64,000 bases of DNA from Promethearchaeota archaeon (GTDB lineage Archaea; Asgardarchaeota; Lokiarchaeia; Sigyniarchaeales; SOKP01), in NCBI GenBank assembly GCA_048940925.1, contig JBHLOC010000011.1:38453-102452 (forward strand), read 5' to 3'. The notes beneath the pieces are model-generated. The model was not told the DNA's origin. It searched no databases and saw only the letters and a list, made by a program, of their open reading frames with translations. The position numbers and the translations under genes are program-made. Shown here piece by piece: positions 29,502 through 39,839 of this stretch (position 1 is the first letter of the stretch; every line of letters starts with the position of its first letter).

Positions 29502-29722
29502 TTCACCATAACTTCATAATCCAACTTATTCTAATATCTAAATAGAAAATCATATGTCCTATTCGATTAAACGTGTAAATTAAATAGATTTAATACTGCA
29601 ATTAACTTAATATAAGGTTAATAGAATTCATACGGTTATAATCCAATTCAGATGCTTTAATAATAGAAATTGGCTCAAAAGAATTAGAGTAAGCTAAGAA
29701 ATGTTAAGAGTGAAAAAAAGTA

Positions 29723-31267
29723 TTGACAGATAATGGAAAAAGTATAGGAAAATTATTGTATTTATCAGAAGAATTAAAGCATGTAAATAATCTTCTAGGA
29801 GAAGGAAGAATTGATGAAGCTTTTCAAGAAATAGAGGAATTAGAAAAAAGAAAGGAGCTTTCTCCTCATAATCGACTTTCTATAAAAATATTAAGATGCA
29901 AATATTATAATAAGGCTGCAAAATATCTGGAAGTACTTACCTATTCCAATGAAATTTTAAAGGAAAATCAACAATATGGGGATTTGTTAATAGATTTTGA
30001 TACGTATTTGAATCAAGCGCATGCATATTTAATGATTGGGAATTTATCTAAAGGCGAAGATTTTCTCAATCAAAGTGAAATTTTATTTGAAAAACTCAAA
30101 GGAATTCCAAATAATGAATTAAGAGAAAGGGAGTCTTCTATGATAAGAAATAAATCTATCATTAGTAGTTTTAAGGGAGATAGTCATCAAGCCATTATTC
30201 TAAATAAAAAAGCTTTAGAACTCGCTCAGGAATGTCAAGATACTTCTTTAATCAGTTTTAGTCTTATAAATATTGCGGAGGGATATCGAAACCTAGGAGA
30301 TTATGATAAAGCTATATATTTTGCAAAACGTTCTGTAGAAGTCCCCAATCCTCTTGCATTAATGTGGCGAATGGGTCATTTAATTGATAGTTACCTTAGT
30401 AAAGGTGATATTGCTAACGCAAAATTATGCTTCCAGCAAATGAAAGAGCAAAGAGAGAAAGATCAGAGTGATAGAGGTCTTAAAGCATATAAATTTTTTA
30501 AAGCAAAAATCTTAAAAACAAGTTTGAGAGCAAAAGATAGAGTTAAAGCGGAAGAATTATTCAAGCAATTTTTAGAAGAAAAGGCTGATTTTCAATTCAT
30601 GGTTGAAGCAATCTTTAACATTTGTGGCTTACTCCTTATAGAATTACGTATTACCAACGATAGAGAAATTTTTCAAGAGATAGATTTTTATGTTAATAAA
30701 TTACTACAATTTGCTGAACATCAAAAAAATTATACGCTCCTTGCTAAGACTTATCTTTTACAATCAAAAATAGTATTATTAAACTTTAATATAAAAGCCT
30801 CTAAACGATTTTTGATTCAAGTCCAACAAATAGCTAAACGATTCAGTATCAAAGAATTCTATGAACGAATTGATGAAGAGAAAAAAAATATCATCAGTAA
30901 ATCAAATTCATGGGAAAAATTAGAGGAATTAGATGCTCCAATGGCTGATAGAATGGAATTAGCTCAAATTGATGATTTAATTGGTGAAGTATCTCATAAA
31001 CGTTTTAATATAATTCCTCAAGTTACTGAAGAAAAAGTTGCAATTCATGAGGAAAAAAAAATTTGCATAGTATGCAGAGGTGAAGTATTTAGATTCTCTT
31101 ATATATGTGAATGCGGCTCGATTTATTGTGAAAATTGTGCGCGAGCGTTAATCAATTTAGAAAATGTGTGTTGGGCTTGTGATGCTCCAATTGATTATTC
31201 AAAACCAATTAAGCCATATAAAGAAGAAGTAACCCTAAAACCTGACAAAAAAAAAGATAAAGATTGA
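29723..31267 (+). CDS. TPR-repeat protein with C-terminal C4C4 RING-like zinc finger (paralogue 1)
   Basis: TPR motifs (LGDYDKAI); CIVC-x10-CEC-x4-CENC-x10-CWAC. Confidence 0.85.
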   Translation: MTDNGKSIGKLLYLSEELKHVNNLLGEGRIDEAFQEIEELEKRKELSPHNRLSIKILRCKYYNKAAKYLEVLTYSNEILKENQQYGDLLIDFDTYLNQAHAYLMIGNLSKGEDFLNQSEILFEKLKGIPNNELRERESSMIRNKSIISSFKGDSHQAIILNKKALELAQECQDTSLISFSLINIAEGYRNLGDYDKAIYFAKRSVEVPNPLALMWRMGHLIDSYLSKGDIANAKLCFQQMKEQREKDQSDRGLKAYKFFKAKILKTSLRAKDRVKAEELFKQFLEEKADFQFMVEAIFNICGLLLIELRITNDREIFQEIDFYVNKLLQFAEHQKNYTLLAKTYLLQSKIVLLNFNIKASKRFLIQVQQIAKRFSIKEFYERIDEEKKNIISKSNSWEKLEELDAPMADRMELAQIDDLIGEVSHKRFNIIPQVTEEKVAIHEEKKICIVCRGEVFRFSYICECGSIYCENCARALINLENVCWACDAPIDYSKPIKPYKEEVTLKPDKKKDKD

Positions 31268-31360
31268 ATATGAATAAATTAATTATATCTATTTTCATTC
31301 TACAGTGTAGGTGTTAGGATTAGCATATTCATACAGTATAGGGAGGTTTCACATATAGAT

Positions 31361-31918
31361 ATGGTCTTTCATGCATTAGTTTGTATTCCTAACATTAATA
31401 CAACCAAGATAGAAGCCCTTAGAAAGAAATATGATCCTCATTATAATTTAATAAAACCACATATAACTCTTATTTTTCCAATTAATAACATATCAATTTC
31501 AAGGAAATCACTTTCAAAACATGTAAGATCGATAGTAAATAATTGGAAGCCTTTTGATATTGAACTTGGCGGTTTTACAAAATCTTGGGATCATTGGTTA
31601 TTTCTCCTTATTAAAAAGGGGAATAAGGAAATGATTCAATTACATAATGAGTTATATAAAGGAATTTTTTCACCCTATCTCAGAAATGATATTGAATATA
31701 TTCCTCATATAAGTTTGGGACATTTCATAAAGGAAAACTATCAAAATAGTCAAAAAACTTCAAATAATGACGTATTTGACGAATCTAAATATAAATTAGC
31801 ATTAGAAGAAGCTGAATGTCTCAATTTGATTTATCTAACTAAGGTAAAAACGATTCAATTAATACAAATTAACGAAAATTTTACCCAAACAATAAATCTT
31901 TTGGAATTTTTTTTATAA
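31361..31918 (+). CDS. 2H phosphoesterase (2'-5' RNA ligase family, YjcG-like)
   Basis: LRKKYDP, PHITL and PHISL. Confidence 0.88.
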   Translation: MVFHALVCIPNINTTKIEALRKKYDPHYNLIKPHITLIFPINNISISRKSLSKHVRSIVNNWKPFDIELGGFTKSWDHWLFLLIKKGNKEMIQLHNELYKGIFSPYLRNDIEYIPHISLGHFIKENYQNSQKTSNNDVFDESKYKLALEEAECLNLIYLTKVKTIQLIQINENFTQTINLLEFFL

Positions 31919-32069
31919 TTAAATCAAGAAATCCAAATTAAAGAGATCCATTCCCCCCTAGAATATAGATTCTAATTTTTATTGAATTTCAATTATATTT
32001 AAAACACAAATTCGCTTATATTAGTAAATGTATCTAAAATAGTATAGAACAATCAAATTTATCAATTAT

Positions 32070-33596
32070 ATGTCTCATACTGAACTTAAAGAATTAAAGC
32101 AAGCAGACCAATTAATGAGAGAAGGAATGATTAACGAAGCCTTACAGATAGTTTTAGAGTTAGAGAAGAGGGGTGATCTTTCCAATCAAGATTTACTCTC
32201 CTGTAATCTATTGATAGGAAAACTTTTTCGCAGATCAGCGCAATATTCAGAAGCTCTCAAATATGCTGACCAAGTATTACAAGAGAGTCAAAAGCAAGGA
32301 GATTCAATCTCATATTTAGATGGTCTGTTGATTCAAGCATACTCTTTTCTAATGATGGGAAATTTAAATCAAAGTAATACTATACTTAAGCATGCTGAGG
32401 AAGTATTTGAGAATCTTAAAGGAGTATTAAAAATAAATCTCAGAGAAAGAGAATCTTTTTTGGTCAGAATAAAGTCTCTTATTATGGGACTTACAAGAGG
32501 ACCTCATGAACTCTTGTGCCTTAAGTTGAATGAAAGAGCGTTAGAACTCGCAAAAGACAGTGATGATAAAGACTTAATAATAACTTGTCTTTTAAACATG
32601 GCTGAAGATCATCAAGCTTTAGGAGATTATGATAAAGCTATAAACTATGCAAAACGTGCTATAGAAATTCGTTATCCTCCTCTGTTATTAGCGTCATATG
32701 GACAATTAATTGAAATTCTTCTTAGTAAAGGTGATGTAGCTAATGCAAAATTTTATTTCCAACATATGAGAGAAGAAAAAGACATATCCAAAAAAAATAA
32801 TTTTTTGTATCAATACTATGAAGCTTTAATTTTGAAAACAAGTCTACGGGCAAGAGATCGAATTAAAGCAGAAGAAATTTTTAAACAAATTGTTAAAGAA
32901 AAGGAAAGTTTCGAGTTTGTGGCTAAAGCCCTAATAAATATTTGTGATCTACTCCTTATCGAATTAAGAATAACTAACGATTCAGATCTAATAAACGAGA
33001 TAAACTCTTATATCACAATGTTATTAAACTTTGCTGAACAACATCAAACTTTTTTTAATTACTATTTTGCTGCCGAGACATATCTCTTACAAGGAAAATT
33101 AAATCTGTTAACCTTTAACATAAAGAATGCTAAACGATTTTTGACTCAAGCACAACAAATCGCTGAAAGGTATGGTACTACTAAATTAGCCACTAAAATC
33201 ACTAAGGAAAGTGATGATTTAGCTAAAAATGAAGATTTATGGAAGAAATTAAAGGAAGAAGGTGCAACAATGGCTGATCGTGTTGCGTTAGCTCGTTTGC
33301 ACGAACAAATTGAGGGAATGATTCGAAATCCTACTATTACAACTGTTTATATTAAAGATGAAGAAGTGGCGATTACTGAAGAGACTAAAATTTGCTTAGT
33401 GTGTAGGGGTAAAGTAATGAAATTTTCTTATATTTGTGAATGTGGTGCCATTTATTGTGAAAATTGTGCGCGGGCATTGTCTAATTTAGAAAATATATGC
33501 TGGGTTTGTGATGCTCCAATTGATTCTTCAAAGCCAATTAAACCATATAAAGAAGAGCGAATAGGCAAGTTTGATAAGAAAAAAGATAAAGGCTGA
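32070..33596 (+). CDS. TPR + C4C4 RING-like protein (paralogue 2)
   Basis: Same architecture; CLVC...CECGAIYCENC...CWVC. Confidence 0.87.
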   Translation: MSHTELKELKQADQLMREGMINEALQIVLELEKRGDLSNQDLLSCNLLIGKLFRRSAQYSEALKYADQVLQESQKQGDSISYLDGLLIQAYSFLMMGNLNQSNTILKHAEEVFENLKGVLKINLRERESFLVRIKSLIMGLTRGPHELLCLKLNERALELAKDSDDKDLIITCLLNMAEDHQALGDYDKAINYAKRAIEIRYPPLLLASYGQLIEILLSKGDVANAKFYFQHMREEKDISKKNNFLYQYYEALILKTSLRARDRIKAEEIFKQIVKEKESFEFVAKALINICDLLLIELRITNDSDLINEINSYITMLLNFAEQHQTFFNYYFAAETYLLQGKLNLLTFNIKNAKRFLTQAQQIAERYGTTKLATKITKESDDLAKNEDLWKKLKEEGATMADRVALARLHEQIEGMIRNPTITTVYIKDEEVAITEETKICLVCRGKVMKFSYICECGAIYCENCARALSNLENICWVCDAPIDSSKPIKPYKEERIGKFDKKKDKG

Positions 33597-33724
33597 ATTA
33601 ATGAAAAAATATATGTTTTTCAGTAATAATTTTCATTTTTCATTATATTTAAAATTATAATTAGCTTAATGTATTCATAAAATTATAATCCAAGATTTTA
33701 GATCTATCATTTAGGGAAAAACCT

Positions 33725-35509
33725 ATGAATTACGTAGAACCAAAGGAATTAATTCTAACAAAACAATTTATTAATGAAGGTAAATTTGATGAAGCCCTCC
33801 GATTAATGAAGAATTTTGAGGAGACAGGTAAACCCACTCTTAACGAGATAGTATCATGTCATCTCCTTAAGTGTGAAATTTTGTTCCAACAAAATTTACA
33901 TAAAGAACTTTTCGAGTGTGCTGAACAAACATATAATGAGAGTTTAAGATTAGGGAAAAGTCTTCTAACAATTGATGCTTTATATTACATGGCTTTTCCT
34001 TTAATAATGTCAAACAATCTAGAAAAGGCAGAGGATTTAATAAAACATGGAGAAGCTCTGTTAAAAACACTTACACATGAATTACCAAAAGAGTACAAAC
34101 AAAGAGAGGCTTCTATAGAGTTTCTTAAAGGCATATTTTACCATCCAATAGCCGTAGGAGAAGGTGATCCCGATTTGGCATTAAAGATTCTTGAGCAGTG
34201 TTTAGTATTAAGAGAAGAATATGATGAAAAACATAAAATTGCTTTTACTATTTTGGTAATTAGTTGGATACTTTTGATTTATAAGGGGGAATTAGACCAT
34301 GCCTTTGAATACATGAAGCGTGCTTTAACACTTGCCAAAGAGGTTAACCGAAAGTTCACCATTGCAGTAGGTCTTAATACCATGGCGGCTTATTATCATT
34401 TCAAGGGGGAATTAGACCGTAGTATTACTCTTTATAAGCAGAGCTTGATGTTATTCAAAGAACTCAACAACAAATTTTATATAGGGCAAATTCTTAACTC
34501 CTTGGCGGAGGTATATAAAATGAAAGGAGAAATTGAATGTGCGCTAGAGTATTCAGAACAATCTGTTGCGCAATTTGTTGAAGTGGGAATTTTAAGATTT
34601 ACAGCTAACGCCTATGATTTTTTAATTCAAATTTTAATTGAAAAGGGAGATCTTGAGAGAGCACAGGAAAATTTAGATCAATTGGAGCAAATGAAAAACA
34701 AATTAAACCACAAATCAACAAATCTACTGTATCTCTTTGATAAGGCTTTACTATTGAAATCAAGTAATCGAGTCCGAGATCGTGGTAAAGCTGAAGAAAT
34801 ATTAAGAAAAATCCTTGAAGATGATCCACATTATGAAAGTAAAATACGATCTCTACTTCATATAAGTGAATTGCTCCTAACTGAATTACGGATGACTGGC
34901 GATTTAGAAGTTTTAGAGGATATAAATTCCTATATTGCTCAATTATTGGATATAAGTGAAAAAATACATTCATATTGGGTCTTAACGGAAATCTATCTTT
35001 TACAAGCCAAAATCTCACTTTTAACTTTTAATATAAAAAAGGCTCGGCGGTTCTTGACTCAAGCACAACAAATAGCTGAAAGATTTAACCTTAATCAACT
35101 TATAAGTAAAATAACTAGTCAGAAAGAAGATTTGCTTAAAAAATTAGATTTGTGGAATAAATTGAAGAATGTCGAGGCATCAATGGCAGATCGCTTTGAA
35201 TTAGCACAATTAGAGGAACAAATCAGTGGGATGGTTCAAAATCGTGCTTTATTAACTACTCAAGTCATTGAAACAGAGGTGGCAATTCATGAGGAAAAGA
35301 AAATTTGCTTAGTATGCCGGGGTGAAGTATTAAGATTCTCTTATATATGTGAGTGTGGTGCGATTTATTGCGAAAATTGTGCGCGAGAGTTGACCAATTT
35401 GGAAAATATATGCTGGGTTTGTGATGCTCCAATTGATTCCTCAAAGCCAATTAAACCATATAAAGAAGAGGGAATAGTAAAGATCGATAAAAAAAAGAAG
35501 AAAAGTTGA
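33725..35509 (+). CDS. TPR + C4C4 RING-like protein (paralogue 3, extra TPR units)
   Basis: Repeated KGELD/KGEIE/KGDLE TPR motifs; same C-terminal Cys8 domain. Confidence 0.87.
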   Translation: MNYVEPKELILTKQFINEGKFDEALRLMKNFEETGKPTLNEIVSCHLLKCEILFQQNLHKELFECAEQTYNESLRLGKSLLTIDALYYMAFPLIMSNNLEKAEDLIKHGEALLKTLTHELPKEYKQREASIEFLKGIFYHPIAVGEGDPDLALKILEQCLVLREEYDEKHKIAFTILVISWILLIYKGELDHAFEYMKRALTLAKEVNRKFTIAVGLNTMAAYYHFKGELDRSITLYKQSLMLFKELNNKFYIGQILNSLAEVYKMKGEIECALEYSEQSVAQFVEVGILRFTANAYDFLIQILIEKGDLERAQENLDQLEQMKNKLNHKSTNLLYLFDKALLLKSSNRVRDRGKAEEILRKILEDDPHYESKIRSLLHISELLLTELRMTGDLEVLEDINSYIAQLLDISEKIHSYWVLTEIYLLQAKISLLTFNIKKARRFLTQAQQIAERFNLNQLISKITSQKEDLLKKLDLWNKLKNVEASMADRFELAQLEEQISGMVQNRALLTTQVIETEVAIHEEKKICLVCRGEVLRFSYICECGAIYCENCARELTNLENICWVCDAPIDSSKPIKPYKEEGIVKIDKKKKKS

Positions 35510-35664
35510 ATGGAAAAATTGGAATTATGATTTTTATCTTTCTGCGATATAAGTTCTAGCCACAAATCTAAAATTTAAACTTCTAAAAAGTATTATAGAA
35601 AATCCAAACAAATAAAATTTTTTTCTGATTTTATCAATTATACTATTATGTATTTATAAATATT

Positions 35665-36399
35665 ATGGAACTAATCGAAGACTCTTTTAAAAAAGTAAAA
35701 GAATCTAAAAATCCTGAAGAACTCAATAACTTTTTATTAGAATTAGGTAAGGATCCTAATGTTAAATACCTTAATTTCATAGATTATTTTATTAATACTT
35801 TAGAACCACAAATCTTAGAAAAAATAATAATAAATTTAATTTTTGTTCTTGGTGAAATCGGCAAAAATGTATCATTGGATGATAAATATTTAAGATTTTT
35901 ATCAAACACTTATTATACTTCAGACAGATGGATACGAAGAGAAATAATCCAAGCGTTCCACAAAATCTCTGAAAACACAACATTAACAAATAAGATTATA
36001 AAATTAGTGGGATATGCATTAAACGATGATTATATTCCTATTAAAATTGATGCTCAGAAAGTATTATTGACCTTAAAAGTGCTTCCAAATAAAATTTTAA
36101 AAAACATTTTTCACACGTTAAATTCCAAAGACTCCGAAGTGATCAATTATAGTTCAAAAATTTGTGAGAAGCACTTTAAGGATACTGACCAATTATTTAC
36201 TTCATTAAATGAATCAGAAAATTTTAGGATTTTAAAACCACACGGAGTTAGAGCCCTTCTTTTAAGTTGCTTCAAATCTCTAATTAATTTGGAAGCTTTT
36301 AGAGAAACAATTTTAAATTCGAAATGGTCAGATACTTCTAAGAAGTTGTATTTAAAAGAAATTGAAACATATGAAAGTATTCTATTAAAAAATATTTAA
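35665..36399 (+). CDS. HEAT/ARM-repeat protein
   Basis: LIFVLGEIG, DRWIRREIIQAF, ALNDD..IKIDA. Confidence 0.7.
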   Translation: MELIEDSFKKVKESKNPEELNNFLLELGKDPNVKYLNFIDYFINTLEPQILEKIIINLIFVLGEIGKNVSLDDKYLRFLSNTYYTSDRWIRREIIQAFHKISENTTLTNKIIKLVGYALNDDYIPIKIDAQKVLLTLKVLPNKILKNIFHTLNSKDSEVINYSSKICEKHFKDTDQLFTSLNESENFRILKPHGVRALLLSCFKSLINLEAFRETILNSKWSDTSKKLYLKEIETYESILLKNI

Positions 36400-36409
36400 T
36401 TTATATTTG

Positions 36410-37642
36410 CTATTGATAATTGCTAAGAATATTTTCCAATTTTTCATCGGATAAAACAATCTCATTAAAGATTTCTATTAAAAGCTTTATTATTTCTCTA
36501 GGATTGCCATTTGCTTTTTTGAATATATATTTTAAAATGTTTTCAGTTAAGGGATAATAGGAATCTGAAAAATCCTCAAAATAATCATTATAGTTAATAC
36601 TAGCAAAAAAAAAGTCTAAATTTCTCTTATAGAATTGAAAAATGTCACTTTCTGTGAAGTCTAAGAGAAATACAGGTTCTTTTAGGAGAGGAATAAGATC
36701 TTTATTTTCTTTTTCAATTTCTTTTTTAAATTCTCTAAAAAATTCAATTGATTTAAGAGTTATAATTATTCTTAATCCCTTTATTTTTTGTAATTCAACT
36801 ATTCTATCTAGTATTTTTCCCGCAGAAGATTTCTCTGATGTTTTTGTACTTCCATATAGCCATCGAGGATCAAAAAATTCTTCAATTTCTTCTGCTTCTT
36901 CAGTTGTCTCATAAGCTTGTTTTCGAATCGAAGTAATTTTTTCAACATCATCAAGAAAAAGTACACTTTTTATTTTCGAATTTTCAATCAATATTTTTAA
37001 CATTGTAAATGCATTTTTAGTTTTTCTAAGGTCATTTGTCAAATTTAAGCGAGAAAGATCTCTAAAATCCATTAATTCGCCGATAAGCCAACTCTCTGCT
37101 TCTCTCTTTTTATATGGATCAATTTGATGTGTTGTTATAGCATTAATTGCATCTTTCAAAGCATCAACGTCATCAAATTTTTGTGCACATTTTTCTAAAG
37201 CTACTTTTCTTATCTTATCAATATCACCTAAATGAAAAAATCCAAAACTTCTTTCTGAAGCGCCCCATTCATTACATAGTTGTTTAGTTATATTTCTTAA
37301 TGGTTCTATCCCCATATTTTCAATGAATTCAGAATATAGCTTATAATAAAATTTCTTATAAACAGTTTCTAATGAGATATAGATAATATTATAGTAATAT
37401 AACCTGTGTTTTAATGCCCAATATAAATGAGTTTTTCCAGATCCAACATTCCCAATAACAGGTAAAATAAAATTTTCATTTTCTTCAATTTCATTAACAA
37501 TGGATTCTAGAAATTTTTCTCTTGATGGTACTACTCCAAGATCTTCTTCAATTTCACTAGTAGAAACGAACTTTTTAAAAGGAGAAGCAGTAAATTTTAA
37601 AAGACTTAGTAATTTTTGTTTTTTATTTTCAAATAAGAGCAT
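36410..37642 (-). CDS. AAA+/P-loop ATPase (BrxD/DUF2791-like architecture)
   Basis: Walker A GNVGSGKT, Walker B LFLDDVE, GNPRE. Confidence 0.75.
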   Translation of the reverse strand: MLLFENKKQKLLSLLKFTASPFKKFVSTSEIEEDLGVVPSREKFLESIVNEIEENENFILPVIGNVGSGKTHLYWALKHRLYYYNIIYISLETVYKKFYYKLYSEFIENMGIEPLRNITKQLCNEWGASERSFGFFHLGDIDKIRKVALEKCAQKFDDVDALKDAINAITTHQIDPYKKREAESWLIGELMDFRDLSRLNLTNDLRKTKNAFTMLKILIENSKIKSVLFLDDVEKITSIRKQAYETTEEAEEIEEFFDPRWLYGSTKTSEKSSAGKILDRIVELQKIKGLRIIITLKSIEFFREFKKEIEKENKDLIPLLKEPVFLLDFTESDIFQFYKRNLDFFFASINYNDYFEDFSDSYYPLTENILKYIFKKANGNPREIIKLLIEIFNEIVLSDEKLENILSNYQ

Positions 37643-37670
37643 TTTTTCAAAATAAAGCAGATTTTGTATT

Positions 37671-38297
37671 TTATTTTTTCAATTCTTCAATGCCTAGTAT
37701 TATTATATATTTTACAACTTTTTCATCTACATTAATAAAAGATTCATAACTTACGTTAAGTTCCTCATTTCTATCCCTTCCAATGATTAGACAATCATAA
37801 AAAACAGGATCTCCATTGTGATCAATAACTACTCTATCCGCAACAATAATTCCATTCGTAATTAATGCAACAGGATTTTTCAAAATTTCATCTTTAAAAA
37901 AATCAAGATGATTGATTTGGTATTCTTGATCATTCAAATATAGTCCTGCTGTATGTAACAAGTTGATAGTATAAGGAAAGTCATCAGAAAATTGTTCTTT
38001 ATCATAACGTTCCATGGTTTTCTCAGGAATTGAAATAGAGTATTCTAATGGAGATGATTTTAAATCAGACCAATTGAAATCAGATGTTTTTGAGAACGCC
38101 TTTGTTTTATTAACATCCTCTTCAAACCCGACTAACAACCCTTGAGATATCGATATTCTTTCAGATTCAAATATGTTTAGATTATCAGAAAAAATAATTT
38201 CATCTTGACATTTTGAAATTATTGATCCTGTGAATTCTCCTATATTTTTCCTATTTTTCAATGAATCATACAGTATAAAATCTGTCAATTCTTTCAT
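37671..38297 (-). CDS. Hypothetical acidic protein, probably co-transcribed with the ATPase
   Basis: 208-aa ATG ORF, 28 nt upstream of the ATPase. Confidence 0.65.
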   Translation of the reverse strand: MKELTDFILYDSLKNRKNIGEFTGSIISKCQDEIIFSDNLNIFESERISISQGLLVGFEEDVNKTKAFSKTSDFNWSDLKSSPLEYSISIPEKTMERYDKEQFSDDFPYTINLLHTAGLYLNDQEYQINHLDFFKDEILKNPVALITNGIIVADRVVIDHNGDPVFYDCLIIGRDRNEELNVSYESFINVDEKVVKYIIILGIEELKK

Positions 38298-38560
38298 GAC
38301 AACTGTTTATCCATGAATGTTTTTTACTTGTACTTTAAATGGTACTTTAGGTATTTAACATTCATCCTATATATAATAGTTGGTTTTATTTATTGAAATA
38401 TTTTTTTGAGATTTTTTTTGTTTATTCGCTTAAATTTATAAGATTCTAGTATCAAGCTTTCCTTTTTTTTTAATTATCTATGTGCAATAATTATAAATTT
38501 TTTCGTAAAAATATAAAAAGCAAACTTTCAATATATATAATGGTAGGAATATAGTCAATA

Positions 38561-39838
38561 TTGTCAATAAAACATAAATTTTCTAATAATATGCACTCCA
38601 CTGCTTTACATCAAAAAGTTTCAGAATTATCAAAACTAGATCTCTTAGAAAGAGCAAATCAATTTATATTTTCAACAGGTCTTAATGATGGTACCTCAAA
38701 ATTATGTAAAGCTAATATGAAATATGGTCTTGCACAATTTCAAATTATTCAAGAAAAGTACGGGTTTGAACCTAAAGCTACATTTATTTCTTCTCCTGAT
38801 GAAACAATATCAAGAAATAAATATAGGTGGAACTCTGGATTAGGGTATGGAGGAAGATTGAATTGGGGAGATGGAAATGAAAAAATAATATTCTTGAATG
38901 TAAAACCAAATTGTTGTGGAATATTAGTAGGAGGTTTGGAAGAGTTACCTGACCCTTTTGATTTGATTAGAAAAATAGATAAAATAAAATCACAAGAACT
39001 ATACCTCAATAAGGTACTAATAAATTGGGATTATGGGATATCTAATCATTTTATTAATTGCTTTGAAACAAAAAAGTTATCTGATATAGATCTACCTCCT
39101 TATATATTTTTAATCCATGGTTCTGCTCCTGAATTTCGAGATGATAAATACGGAGGAATTGGTCTTTATATCGATAAATCAAAAACATTAAAAGAAATGG
39201 CTAAAGAAGAGCACACTAAATTTGGGATACAGCACATACTATTAGATTCTGATGCTAAGGCTTATCTTAAATTCCATAAAAAAGCTTTAGAATTTTCAAA
39301 TAAAAAGAGAGAAACTATTGCCAATCACCTTTTCGATTATGGATATAAGGTTATTTGTAATCAGCCGCACCAATTCCTTAAAGATTATAATAATATGTAT
39401 TTAGGTAGTAATTGTACTGATATTAATTGTAAATTAATCACATCAAATTTATTTCCGACCACATTAAGGGCAGATATCGCAGCTTATCTTTTTAAAGGCA
39501 AAAAAAATCTTACTGAAATTACATTAAAGAATCAGGATTTATACGAAAGAGGAAAAGATTTAGAATTATTAGAATTACTCATGAATGCTTTTATTCTTCC
39601 CCATGGTGGAGGATATGATTTTAGAGATGTTAAAGATGTATTAGATGTTTTAGAATATAAGGACCAGAGATATTTTGTGACTTCTCTTAAATCAAATATT
39701 AGTAGACTGAAAATAATTAGAAATGTTGGAGAATTACAGTTCGAATATCGAGGAAGAGATATTGTACTTAAAACTATTCAATTAGATCTAGGAGATATAA
39801 TCGCTCGTTTAAATCCATTATTCTCTTTGAAATTATAA
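38561..39838 (+). CDS. Divergent RtcB-like protein (putative RNA 3'-P/5'-OH ligase fold)
   Basis: Ordered motifs SPD, NCCG, GISNHF, IHGS, PHQ, PHGGG match RtcB PD, DxxCG, GxGNHF, HxGS, HN, HGAG. Confidence 0.6.
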   Translation: MSIKHKFSNNMHSTALHQKVSELSKLDLLERANQFIFSTGLNDGTSKLCKANMKYGLAQFQIIQEKYGFEPKATFISSPDETISRNKYRWNSGLGYGGRLNWGDGNEKIIFLNVKPNCCGILVGGLEELPDPFDLIRKIDKIKSQELYLNKVLINWDYGISNHFINCFETKKLSDIDLPPYIFLIHGSAPEFRDDKYGGIGLYIDKSKTLKEMAKEEHTKFGIQHILLDSDAKAYLKFHKKALEFSNKKRETIANHLFDYGYKVICNQPHQFLKDYNNMYLGSNCTDINCKLITSNLFPTTLRADIAAYLFKGKKNLTEITLKNQDLYERGKDLELLELLMNAFILPHGGGYDFRDVKDVLDVLEYKDQRYFVTSLKSNISRLKIIRNVGELQFEYRGRDIVLKTIQLDLGDIIARLNPLFSLKL

Positions 39839-39839
39839 T

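Noticed and set aside
29723-35509. Diversity-generating retroelement suggested by near-identical 3' ends of the TPR genes
   Set aside because: No reverse transcriptase or non-coding template repeat in the window; differences are not confined to adenines; the repeated part is the conserved region, not the variable one.
36410-37642. BREX defence system
   Set aside because: Only a BrxD-like ATPase; no pglZ, pglX, brxC or helicase nearby.
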